DNA of 64,000 bases. Source: Monocercomonoides exilis PA203 (Eukaryota; Protista; Preaxostyla). The first letter of the stretch is position 1; each line of letters opens with the position of its first letter. Shown one piece after another: positions 26,101 through 38,330 of this stretch. The notes beneath the pieces are model-generated. The model worked only from the letters and a program-made list of their open reading frames with translations. It was not told the DNA's origin and did not search any database. The stretch is taken from positions 806,001 through 870,000 of the forward strand of contig LSRY02000014.1 in assembly GCA_001643675.2 (NCBI GenBank), in the 5' to 3' direction. Both the position numbers and the translations under genes were made by a program.

Positions 26101-29100
26101 GTGACGACAGCTGTTCCTGTGTGCTTTGTGAAGAACAGCAGGCCATCGTCGAAGTATCCGTGTGCAGAGACAAATCCGAGCGATGCAGATGACTGGAAGA
26201 AAAGAGAAGGCGGGAGCATCGGAAGCAGATGGGACAGAGTGGCGGTGGATGAAAAGGGGAAAGTGTATTTCTCCGAAGATGGCAAAGATAAAGATGCAGG
26301 TGATGCAGAACAGGAAGGGCAGTTGCACTTGCTTTTTCTGCTTAAGGTGGGATTGGACACGATAAAAGAGAGAGGAGAAGAGAAAAACAGAGGAGCAGCG
26401 GGGAGGAAAGGCAGAACAGGAGCAGCAGTGTGACGAGCAGCTGTGGAAGTCAGTGATGGCAAAGTGTATGCAGCAGAAGATGAAGCAGAACTGACAGGTT
26501 TTGAAGGAGAAAGCTTTGCAAACGAAAAAGGATAAGCAGAGTTTCCATCAACGTCAGATGGAGATGACAAACTTGAGCCAAACGTAAATGAAGGAAGCGA
26601 AGCATTTGACAAGGATGCCTTGTGAATGTTCTTTCTTTCCATTGCTCTGCTGTTTCTGTTCGAGTTGTAATACTTCTGCGTCTCAAGGCCAGCTGTGCTG
26701 TTTGACGGCGAGTGCAACTGCTGTGGAGAAGAAGACGAGGAAGAAGCAGGAGATAGTGTTTGTGCCATCACATTGGACGGCGGAGTGAAGAAAGAAGGAG
26801 TCAGAACAGTTGGCTGAGGCTGCTGCGACTGTGACTGAGAAGGAGACATCTTGTACTGGAAGAGTGCAGGCGTTGTGGCAACTGAAAGTTCCTGATCAGC
26901 GTCAGACAGATCCATCACAATGGGCTTCTCATGCTGCCATCGCTGGATTGCCCTCTCCTGGTCAGCCTCTGCCACTGACAGGATGCGCGTGCTGCTGAGC
27001 GAAGGGCGCGGAGAAACAGGGCTGAATGGTGAGTCAAATGGAGATGAGAAAGGTGGAGCGGCTGCTTCGTGTGCTTTGTTGCTACTGCTGCCGTTGCTTT
27101 CTTTTTCTTCTCTGATTCTTCTCTGTCTCTCTTCTTCTTCTTCTCTTTCTCTCTCTTCGAATTCCCTCTCTTTCCTTCTCTTCAACCTTTCCACATCGCT
27201 CATTTTACTTCTTCTTCTTCTCCTCATGTCACTTTCATACTCCTCTGCTGTTTTTGTTCTTTCAGTCACAATACACAGCGAATTGAGATGTGCTGACCAG
27301 TTAACACTTCGCACAATGTTCAGTGGAGACGAGGAAGGAGGAGGAACAACAAAAAGCGTCTGCAGAAGATCTAACCGAATCACAGACACAACACCCGAAA
27401 TGTCTGCAGCTGCAAACATCGAGCGCCAGCGAGTGAATGGAGAAGACAGAGAAGAATGTGGAATATCAAGTGGATTGTGCATCAGATGTCGCAATGGCAG
27501 GCCATTCTTCGCTCTGGCTGAGGCTTCAGGAAGACCAATGAGGTGATGGCAATTGGGATAGTGTGATTGGCAGATGGCTCGGAATCGTATGAGTCTTTGA
27601 AGCACAGTCAGATCAGAAAGCACAGAAGTTGGCTGCGATGGCTTGAAGTCAGAGGAAGATGAAGGTATCTTCTTTTCTTTTCTTTTCGCCTCTGACTCTT
27701 TTTTTTCTTGTTCTGTCTCCTTATCGTCGCGCCCAACATCGCAATCTTCATCTGCACTTGAATGTTGACTGCCAAAGAACTCTCTGTCTAGTTCTTCTTC
27801 CAGAGACGAGCAACTGAAACTGTCTGAATCCTCCTCCTCATCATCATCATTTATTGTGTCTAACGAAGCATCCATCTCTTTCTCACTCTCTCCATCACTG
27901 CTCAACTCTGTGTCCTGATATTCATTGTCCAGCGATCTGTCGCTGAGGCTGGAGTAATACTCCTCCTCCTCATCGTTCGCATACTCATCTCCTTCATCCA
28001 CCATCGCAAAGCCAAAATCTTCGTCTGCATCGTCGCTGTCTGAGCTCGACGACAAGTCCGAAGACGAATCTCCTTCAAAGCCAACCACCTCCACTCGCTT
28101 GCTCTCCCCCTTCTGGTTCACACTCATCCCCATCCCGACACCCGTGCCCATGTTCTTCAGCCTCCGCCTCCTTCTCCTCACTTCCCTGTCGATCTCCTTC
28201 TTCTTCTTCGCCTCCAGCCGCTGCAGCTTCTTCCGCATGCCCCGCTTCATCGCCTGCTTCTTCTCAATCATCTCGTCCTCGCCCACATTCCCCCAGCCGT
28301 TACGGAACACCCTCAGCTGCTTCAGCCCGCCCTTCTTCAGCTTGTTCTTCTCCTGTGTCTGTGGAAGAGGTCTGAGCTGCGGTGGGATGGTGTTCTGTTT
28401 GATCAGCGCGCGCAGCAGCTTCTTCTTCTGCAGCTTGTAATCAGCATCGAACAGGCGGAGAATATCCAACTCGTCGAATGTGAGTGAATGAGGCAGGCGA
28501 CGCGTCTGAAGGGGTGTCAGAACGGGCTGGAAGGGAGGCATTTGAGAAGACTGAGAAGAAGAGGAGGAAGAGGATGAAGAAGCAGATGATGAAGATTGAG
28601 GAAACTGTTGAGAAGAAGAAGAGGTAGAAGAAGAAGAGGCAGAGGAAGAAGATAAAGTAGATTGTGTATTCTGAATAGAAGAGCCAACACCTTCAAACTG
28701 AAGATGACCCAATGGTGTAGGAGAAGGAGGAGGAAGGGAAGGAGAGGCAGAAGGGATTCTTGGAGGCTCCGAAGATAGAGAAGAGAGAGAAGACACAACA
28801 GGAATGGAAGAAGGCGACAGAGGGACAGCATCAATTTGCTCAGGAAGATAAGCAGGAGGGGCAGAGATGCATAGCGAAGGGGCGCTGCTGGCTGGGGAGA
28901 TGGATAAGGTGGTTGAATTGGTGCTGGAAAGAGAGAAGACAGAAGAAGATGTTGAAGAAGAAGAAGAAGGGGAAGAAGATGATGAAGGAGGAGGAGGAGG
29001 AGGAGGTGGTGGTGGTGTTGGCTGAAGTGGAGATTTAGAATCTGAAGTGCTTAGCTGTGCAGAAGAAGGAGCTGATTGTTGTTGTGTTGGAGAAGATATG

Positions 29101-32100
29101 GAAGCAGATTGAGTGCGAGAGGGAGGCTGAGAAGAAGGAGGATGTGGTGGCTGAGGTGGATGAGGTGGCTGATTGGATGAAAGAGAAGAAGAAGAAGGAG
29201 GAGGAGGAGCATTTGATGGAGATAAAGCAGATGCAGATGAAGAAGGTGAAAGAGATGGCATTCCCATTGGAGAATGAGAGAGAGGAAGAGGAGGCGGAGG
29301 TGGTGGTGGAGGAGGATGTGTTGGTCGAATTGGAAGAGAACCAGTTTGTGTTCGTGTGTTTACGTCACTTTGCATCGTCTGAGGCATATTTTGTTGTTCT
29401 GCTCTGAATGATGATGATGATGATGAAGCAGTGGCCATTGACGACGATGATGATGTTGTTATTGAAGGTGAAATGCCGCTTTTCTGTTGTGTGTTGAGTG
29501 ATGGCTGAAAAGGTGAAGAAGCAGGAAGAGAAGGAGTAATACTTGCAGCTGGGGAAGGAGAATAGGAAGAGGAAGATGGAGAATTGCCCATAATTTTGGA
29601 AGACAGCGATGAAATGAAAGAAGACGCCGACTCAGAAAAAGTAGGGGCAGCTGCCGAGTCAACAACCGACTGCATCATTTCGATGTTCTTTGCGCTTCTT
29701 CTCTGCTTCCTCTCTTCTTTGATTCTCTCTTGTTCTCTTATTCTCTCCTTCTCTTGCTCATCTTCAGGCGGCTCAGCAATAAATGCGATGGGCGCAGAAT
29801 GAGTTGAGAAGGAGTGGAGAAGGCAGCCCAGGCGGAGGGAGAAGAGATGGAGAAGATTGGTTGGTTGAACTGAAGAAGAAGAAGAGGAAGAGGAGGAGGA
29901 GGAAGAAGAGGGGAAAGAAGAAGAAGAAGATGATGATGATAATGATGAAGTAGATGAAGTTGCAGTGCCTACCAACAGAAGATGAGGAAAGCAGCGAGGG
30001 ATGTGGATGAGTGTGACACGCTCTTTTTGTGCAGTTGAAAGAGTAATGTGAGAGGGAAATCTGTTGATCTCATCATTTTGTCCAATTTCATCTTTTTCGC
30101 TTTGTTTGCTTGAGGAAACAATTTCTTGTTTTATTTCATCTTTCTTCTCTTTCAACGTGTTGTGATCATCTTTTAACTGTTTGTTATTCCGTTCCTCTTT
30201 TTCTTTTTTAGCAGAACGCTGTTTATATGCACAAGAACGAGAAGAAGTGAAGTGAGTCTGCAGCTGTGTGTGAGTGGATGCACATGAAGTGTGGAGAAAT
30301 GCAAAGTCCAAAGGAAAACTTGAAGAATTGCGAAATGTAGTGAATTTAGCAGAAGAGCTTGCTGAATGAGAAGAAGCAGAGGAAGATGTTTTGCAGTTTG
30401 CTAAGAGCAGGCCGAAGGGAGTGTTGAGGACATTTGAGAGAGGAGAGGAGAAGTATACAGACCTCTGAAGAGGAGAAAGAGAGAGAGGAGAAAGAGAAGA
30501 GAGGGAAGAAGAAGAGGAGGAGGAAGAGAGGGAAGAGAGAAAGAGGGAAGAAGGTGCTTCTTTCAGCAGAGACGGGACAAGTGACAAGAGAAGACGAGAA
30601 AGAGAAGAATGCGATAGAGTCTGGAACAAATCAAGTGGTGTTATCATTGAATGACCCTTGTGAGTTTTTGCTTGGCTGTCTTTTGAACATTCTTTGATGG
30701 AATCTTTCTGATCGCATTCAGCTTTGTCTTTCATGTCATCTTCATGTTGAAGTTGACTGAAGTTTTCATTGTTGTTGTTGTTATGATTAATATAATGATG
30801 ATGATGAGTATGAGTCTGATAATTATGCCCTTGAAGCTTTGAAGCAGCAGCAGCTTTCATATTTCTCCGCTTCATCTGCTCTTTCAGTGCTGTCTTGAAG
30901 TAAAGTGTGAATGAATCCACATTCTTCAGAGTGGGTATCATCGAAAGCAGCCGAATGAGCAGCTTTGACCGTTTTTTGAGTCGTAAAAGTGTTCTTTGCA
31001 ATTTTTCAGATGAAGAATTTTCATCTTTCTTTGCTTTGTTTTCAATATTTTCAGTTAATTTTTCTTCTTTTTCTTCGTTTTCTTGTTCAATCATGTTGAT
31101 TGTGCGTGCAATCTGCTCCATCTCCTCTGCAATTGCCTCAAAAAGAGCACCATAAAGGACAGAACTGAATGGAATGGGCGAACACGACGAAGAAGACGTG
31201 AGGATGCGCCGGGTGTGCTGAAAGGGAATAAGTTCAGAATCAAACATGGCAGGCGAAGATGAGAGAGAAACAAGCGGAGAAGAAGAAGGAGAAGAAGGAG
31301 AAGAAGGAGAAGAAGAAGAAGATGATGACGACGATGATGATGACGATGGATAATTGTTCAATGTTCCGTTTTGCTTTTTCAATAATTGATTCGTTTCTGT
31401 TTCTCTTCTGTGAAACAGCGGGAAAGGAGAAATCTGTATTTGTCCATCATCAGTTGCACGATGAAGCAGAAGATGAGGAAGAAGCGGATTTTGAGCAAGA
31501 ACAGTTGTTGTTACAGCTGGTGAGTGCTGAAGCTGTTGAGACTGTTGAGGTAACTTTGTTTGCTTCTCTGTTTGTCCAAATCTTTTTGGGGTTGCATTCA
31601 AATCGAATGCGCGTGCGAAGAGAGCCAAAGGAAGAGGCACGACAATCAGTGAGTCGTTGACAAGGGGAGAATTCGACAGGAAAGACGAGTGTGGCACAAA
31701 TGGAGGGACAAAACGAGAGGTACACAGAATTCGATGTTTTGAGGCGATGCTTTTGAAAGAGAGGGAAGAAGACTTGCGATGAACGGGGTTTGGCTGAGTC
31801 TCATTTTGGTGCTGATGCAAAGGCTGAGGAATATCCAGACTGATGTCTTCATTTGACTCTTTGGCATACTCATCTGGTTTATTTTGGCATTCTCTTTCAA
31901 TTTTTCTCTTCTTCATCACTGCTTCTTCTCCTCTTCCTTCTTCATATTGACATTCATATCCATCATATTCATTCCATCTGCTGCTGCTGTTGCTGTTATT
32001 GTTGTGTGTCTCCACAATCTGTGCCTGGAAGATTGTGCCATCACATCCACCACACACAACATGCCCTGTCTCGCTGATGTGGATGGATGATGCATGCAGA

Positions 32101-34442
32101 AGCTCATAACGCTGCTCAGGTGAAAGAAACACAGGTGGAGCAATAGACGACGAAATAGAACTTGGTTGAAGTTGGGATGAAGCGCTTGCAAAGGGAATGG
32201 ATTGTGTTTTGTTCTGACTGGGTGAATACGAATTGAGAGTGCGCGGAGAGAAGAAGAAGACAGTCACCAGATGAAGAGATATCAGATGGGGATGAGAAAG
32301 CGGAGTTGGCTGCATATCTTCATCAGTATCGTCATCAGCATCTTCTGAGCTTTCAATCTCTTCTGCTTCTTCTGTGTCTTCTGAACCATCTTTTGCATGT
32401 CCTCTATGAGAGTGCTGTTTGGCTCTTGTCTTTCTCTGCTCGTTGTCGTCGTAGTCGCTCAGACACTCAAACAGAACTGATTCGCTGCTGCTGTCTAAAG
32501 TAGATTCAGATCTGCTTGTTTCACGAAAAGCATTTTGTGAATGATGTGTTTCTTTGTCATTTTCAAATGTCCTTTCAGAGTTTTCTTTCTTTTTCTCTTT
32601 CTCTTTCTTTTTCTTCTTCGAGTTGCATGATTTGGCCTTTGAGGAAGGCTTTTCCATGATGATGTCAAACACAAAGAAAATAGGATGTGCTGTGTAGAGA
32701 ACAAGTGTGTTCGAACCGCAAAATGCTCCGCCTTTCCAAAATGTCGATGGATTCGGAGAAGATGAAGAAGAAGAAGAAGATGATGATGATGATGAATATT
32801 CAGATGAGCGTGCAAAATTTGGGAGAACAGAAGGAAATTTGGAGTCTTCGGGAAAAGGAAAGAGAGAAACAGCTGCTTCAGATGTGTTCTTTTTATTATG
32901 TGATAAACTTTGTAAATTTTGTGTCATTGATTTATTTAGCTCACTTTTTATTTTCTCTTTTCTGCTGTTGTTTTCATTCTCCTCGCTTCTTTCTCCCATT
33001 CGAACACTCTCTTCCTTTACGGACAACGAATTAACAGCTGTCTGCTCAGCTAGAGCGATTTCGAGTGCTTTTTGCATCGAATCAGGAGTGAGTGCAGAGA
33101 CTGAGACACACGGCAGCAGCTGAGAGGCAAGAAAGAGCACAGCCACAGTTGGAGTGACAAGAAGAAGGAAGGACACACATTGAGATGAAGAAGAGTTGGA
33201 TTTGACATTACTCAGAGAAATCGGGTGTGAAGATATGATACTCCCATCGATGCTAACCATCTTGCGATACAACGGACCCTCAGAGCGTGGCTTCAGTTTG
33301 TTCGAAGGCCGCTCAGCTGAAAGCTGCAATGTTGGTGTGGTTTGTGAAGATGACTTCAATTTTGATGCAATTTGTATCAGATGAGGATATCGCAGCAAAG
33401 TGGAGTCGTCGTTGCCTCTCTTTCTGTCGCGATGTGGAGATCTTAGTACAGCCTGCTTTTTCTCATTTCTGCGCATCTGCATTATCTGGTGGAGCACTGC
33501 TCGGAGGCCTTTCTGTCTGATCTCGTCTTCAGTCATTAGAAGTCTCGCATAGTCGAGTCGAATAATCAACGGATGCGGTCTGCATGAAAAATGTCTGAGA
33601 TGTTTAAAGTTATGACCAAAATGAGAATCGTTTGAATTTCTTTCCTTTTCTCTTTGTCGTTTTTTGTCTTCAGCTCGTTTCTCGTCAACAACAATTGAAA
33701 TACTGTCGAGGCACGTTTGGATTCCCATGAGCTTCTGAACGCATTCTCCTTGCGAATTCATAATTGATGCAAACGGGAATAGCAACATCTGCGAGTCAAG
33801 GGAGTAAGATATTAATACTTAAAAGCAAAAACAAAATTCAAAAAAAAATGTATGCTGGTTAATAAGACTTACCATTAACTTCATTCTTTGTTGAAAGGCA
33901 CACGCTGCGGACCCATTTCTCATGACCAACGCACAAGCACACGACTTTAAGGAAAAATGGATCAATTATATATATTTCGTTGAAATGTCCTGTTACAGCA
34001 GCGAGACCCAACGTAAGATTAATAATTGATGTCGGTTTGCCAACAGGAAACGGAAAGGATCCAAATAAAGATCCGTTTGAAAGATCCCAAACATTTATAT
34101 CATGATTGTCATGAACTGTGAAAAGAAATAAATTACGTACATCCAAAATAGACAAAAGTTTGTTCAAAAAAAGAATGTTGAAATAATACCTGAGATTGCC
34201 AACTGCTTTTGGTGCGTATGTGTTATACAGATTGATAAAACTGGAGAGCAAGAAGAAGGAATCATGACGAATTGTGCATTGAGCGTTTGATCAGTGCGAT
34301 TAAATGGATTTGGCCCCCATTTGCAAAGCATGCCAGTAGTTGTCCCAGTAACAATTTCTCTTTCGTCTGGTGTTGCACATAAAACAGTGATGTCATGTTG
34401 AGGGACGGCTGTCCATAAAACAAATGGGAAGCGCAGAGACAT
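17157..34442 (-). CDS. Giant WDR7/WDR72 (Rabconnectin-3 beta)-like WD40 protein, ~5,718 aa, 3 exons
   Basis: N-terminus FVLWTAVPQHDITVL..EIVTGTTTGMLCKW, internal LHSFSTHSAPIAFIAEPP and VVSVIRL..VRSVNW, and C-terminal ISAIRFDNKGRTVAVF all resemble WDR7 blocks. Introns 34116-34189 and 33818-33872 give a continuous frame into a 16.66-kb last exon. Confidence 0.75.
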
Positions 34443-36820
34443 AGAAAATTATGAAGATGATGTTTAAGATTATTATTGTGGTTAGATCTTATTGCTTTCT
34501 AAATATTTATTTTTCGATTTTCAAATTGAATATTTGTTCCTCCAAAGGAAAAACGCAATATTGAATAAGTCTGTTCTACCAATTTTTGTATATAAATTAT
34601 TTATTATTTCATTAAAATTAACACGCAACTTGTATGAAAAAAATATACTTTCTACACAATTCAAAACCTATCATTCATTGAATAAGAGAAAAATATTCTC
34701 GTGGTCGTAATGGAAAAAAATACTGTTTATGCTTACAAAATATAAATCTCCCACGAACAGCAAACAATTTACGTTTGATATCTCAGAATGAACAAAAAGT
34801 GAAATGAAAATTCAAATTAGATATTCAAAAACGAACAGAAAAGAAATCAAAAATTACAATTTACGAGTGATCCCTCACTAAACAGTCGCCATAACAGTCC
34901 ATGAAATTACAGAATCTGCTCAAAAAGATTAAATTATAAACACAAGTACAAATATTATTGAGTCAAAATCAATGAATTAAAAAAAATAAACATATACGTT
35001 CAAAAGCAAAAACAAAACTATAATTGGTTAAAAAATAAATTATTGTGACGCTCAAATGAAATACAAATACAAAATTTAGTATTGCAATTCAAGTTAAAGA
35101 GATTTTGTGTGCTAATAATAAAATAATAAACGGTTATAATTAACGCACATTAACACTAAAATATGAATAAAATAATAAAAGCTAAGTAAAAAAGGTGGTA
35201 ATTGCAAATCAAAAAAAATTAATATAAAATAAATAATATATACATTCTCTATAATGGTGAAATCATCGAGCACAAAAACCAAAAACATGTTTCCATTTCA
35301 CAGAAAATTTGCTACAAGATATAAAGAAAATTCAATGAAGCATTGAATAGCAAAGGAAAAACCTTCATCAAGGTATTAAACATAAGAATTGGGGAGATCA
35401 AAAAAGATAAGCAAAAACAAAAATAAATAATAAATGAACAGTATATTTTTTATTAAAATAAAAAAAAAAGCGGAAAGAAACAATGCGACAATAATAACTC
35501 TACAGATGTTGCATGTTAAAAACAGATACAGAAAAATTAACTCTTTATTCAGCAATAAACAGAACTGTCCTTCAGAGCATGCATCCTTTACAAGAATCTA
35601 TGTCAATACAGCTTTTGCCAAAACCAAGAAATAACAGAAAATTCTCAGAAATGGGAAGAATACGAAGTTACAACGAAAGGAAAAAAAATAAAAAAAGAAA
35701 GAAAGAAAGAAAACTTTACAAAATAAACAAATGCAGAAAGCATAGCAGAACAAAGTAGCAAATTATGACGACCAATCAATTCCCGCTGGTCTTTCAATAA
35801 TCAGTCAACAACATCAAACGATGAATGAGATTTGAAGATGAGAATAGGAGGGGGAAAAAATCAAAAACTCTATCTAAAATGAAAAGAGGTGAAGTGAAAA
35901 AATAAAAAAAAAAGGATCTTAAAAACAAAAAAAGATTTTCTCATCAAAAAAACTTCTTTTGAAATTAGAAGCCAACATAAAGTATCAAAAGAATAGCAAA
36001 GAGAAATAAAAGGAAGAAAAGCAAGTTACAATATAAAGAAAGAAATCATCAAGTTTAAATGGTTGTTCAAAAAAAGTATCGCTAAAAGTCACGTTAAAGA
36101 AAGTGACAGAAAAGAAACGATAGAACATGAGTCACGTAAATAAGAAGAAAAATATGAAAATTTTAGAAATTTGAGAATAACAAGAAAAAGAATACAAAAA
36201 TAATAAAGAAAATGCAGAACCAGAAAAACTTGAAACGCAAGCATCGATCTCATAAATGAAGATTGAACTCGCCTATGAAGTGGAACTCAACAGAACTGCG
36301 GATAACTGCAATTGAGTTTTCAAAAATAAAACTTTAAAAAAAAGAGAGATAGAAATAAAAATAAATAAGAAAAAGAAAGAAAGAAAGAAAGAAAGATGAA
36401 CTCAAAGGCACCAGAAAGGACACCACACTCCTCCAGGCATCTGACTGCTAGCAAATAACAACAAATCACCTCAAAAGAAGTTGCCATTGAACATGACAAT
36501 TGCAACCATGTTCTATCCTATTTTCCTGCCATGAATATATATCTGTACACTTAACAGTAAAAAAAAAACGATGCCAAATTACTAAAAATCCAATGCCGAA
36601 GGTTTGCGGCAACGATGTTGCTGATGATTATTGCTTCTTGCAACAATTGTTCCAAATCCATTAATTGGCTGAATCTGAAACAGCTAAAATAAGAAAGCAG
36701 ATAGCACAAAACAGAAGACGAAAAGAAGTTTGATAAAGTCAGCTTCAACTTTATACAGTTGCTATTACATTTCCATTTAACATTCAAGACTCCAGCATCA
36801 GAAGCTGATTTTCAACCAAA

Positions 36821-38046
36821 TTATGCAGATTGTGGTGTTAGAGTAAGAGTTGTGTGCATTTCTCGTGTCAAATATGAAACAGAAGCAGATTCGTCGTTGT
36901 AGTAAGCTGGGGCCTCCGTTGAGGAAACCGCAGATATTTGAGAAGCTGCCGTCGTGCTGGAGGTGCTTGCAGAAGGCGATGAATTTGTTGAATACAAGTA
37001 ATATGATGCTGTTGAGGCTGATGATGCCGATAAAACTGATGAGGGAGTTGAAGAATTTGACGAATTGATTAACGTTGAAGTTGGAGTTGACAACTGGTTT
37101 GGAGTTGCTATGGCTGATGCATAACAAGGTGAAATAGATGGAGAAACAAGTTGAGGAGGAAGTTGCGAAGGAATTTGAATAATCACAGGAACTGATTGTT
37201 GCGTTAAAGTCGGATAATTGGAAGGTGTTTGAGCTCCTTTGGCAACGCTATATTGGCCATAAATCGCTGCAAGGATGTTTATTTCCTCTGCACAGAAATA
37301 GTCCATCAATTTTGACCACTCCTCATGGCTCATTGATACTGAAAAATTTAATCTTTCCAACATAACTGTTTCGGACTGGTTAACAACGTCTACTGGTATT
37401 CCGATTGATTGCGCCCACCATGAATTTTTAAAGGTAGCATCTCTATTAAGCTTCAATGCGAGCATCAATCCACAAAGAAGCAAAGTTCCAAGGTTGCATT
37501 CGCTCACAATTCTCCTTTCATCATCTTTTGGAAGTGGCTGTTCGAATTGAATGAGTTGATCGATGAGAAAAACAACGTGTAATGCTTCAGTTGTAATTAG
37601 TTGAGCTGTTCCACGGAAAAATTGAATAAAATGACTTATCTTTTGATACAAGCTTAAAAATCGTTCTTGCGAAATGTGCGTAGTGTGAGCAGCAGAATAC
37701 ATCGAACCATTGAATTGTTGAGACCTCACATAAAACAGATCAGGAAGGATCGAACCAATTCTAAAACAAAGATATGTCGAAAGTCGATCAATTAATTTAT
37801 CAGATACTGCACCATGGGAAATATAGTTTTTTGCTGTTTGAACATTGTCTGGTTGTATTTGAAATTCTAGCTTGTTTGGAAATATTTGTTCAGCAAGCAT
37901 TCCTAAATTTCCTGAAAAGAATTATCAAATATTCCACCGAAGATAAAGCAACATATCATAACAGAATTAAATAATCATATGAATAAAACAAAAAGAATGC
38001 ACGATAAAAATAATATATCCGGCAAATTACGTTCAAAAATAAGCAT
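36821..38046 (-). CDS. Pho80/Pcl/cyclin-U-type cyclin with Ser/Thr-rich tail
   Basis: Cyclin box VVFLIDQL..SECNLGTLLLCGLMLALKLNRD..NSWWAQ..VNQSETVMLERLNFSV. An intron at 37912-38030 links an upstream ATG (38046) in frame; ATG 37900 is the alternative start. Confidence 0.8.
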
Positions 38047-38330
38047 CAAACAAACTGATCAACAGACGTTGACTAATTTTTTTATTTAAATGGTAATTAT
38101 GATCTTTCTCCTAAAGGTCGTATTATGGTTGTTGAAATTTAGTTTTGTTTCGGATTATCTATTTCAAGAATCCGAAATAACAGTAACATAACTTAATCTA
38201 AAGGGATTATTATCCTGAGCTCTGAGTGATAATAAATTACCTAGAAAAGCGATTTCAAAATAACAAAATATAAAATGGAGGGAAGATCAAATTAAAAAAC
38301 CTTGCTTTTTATTTTCATTTACAAATAAAC

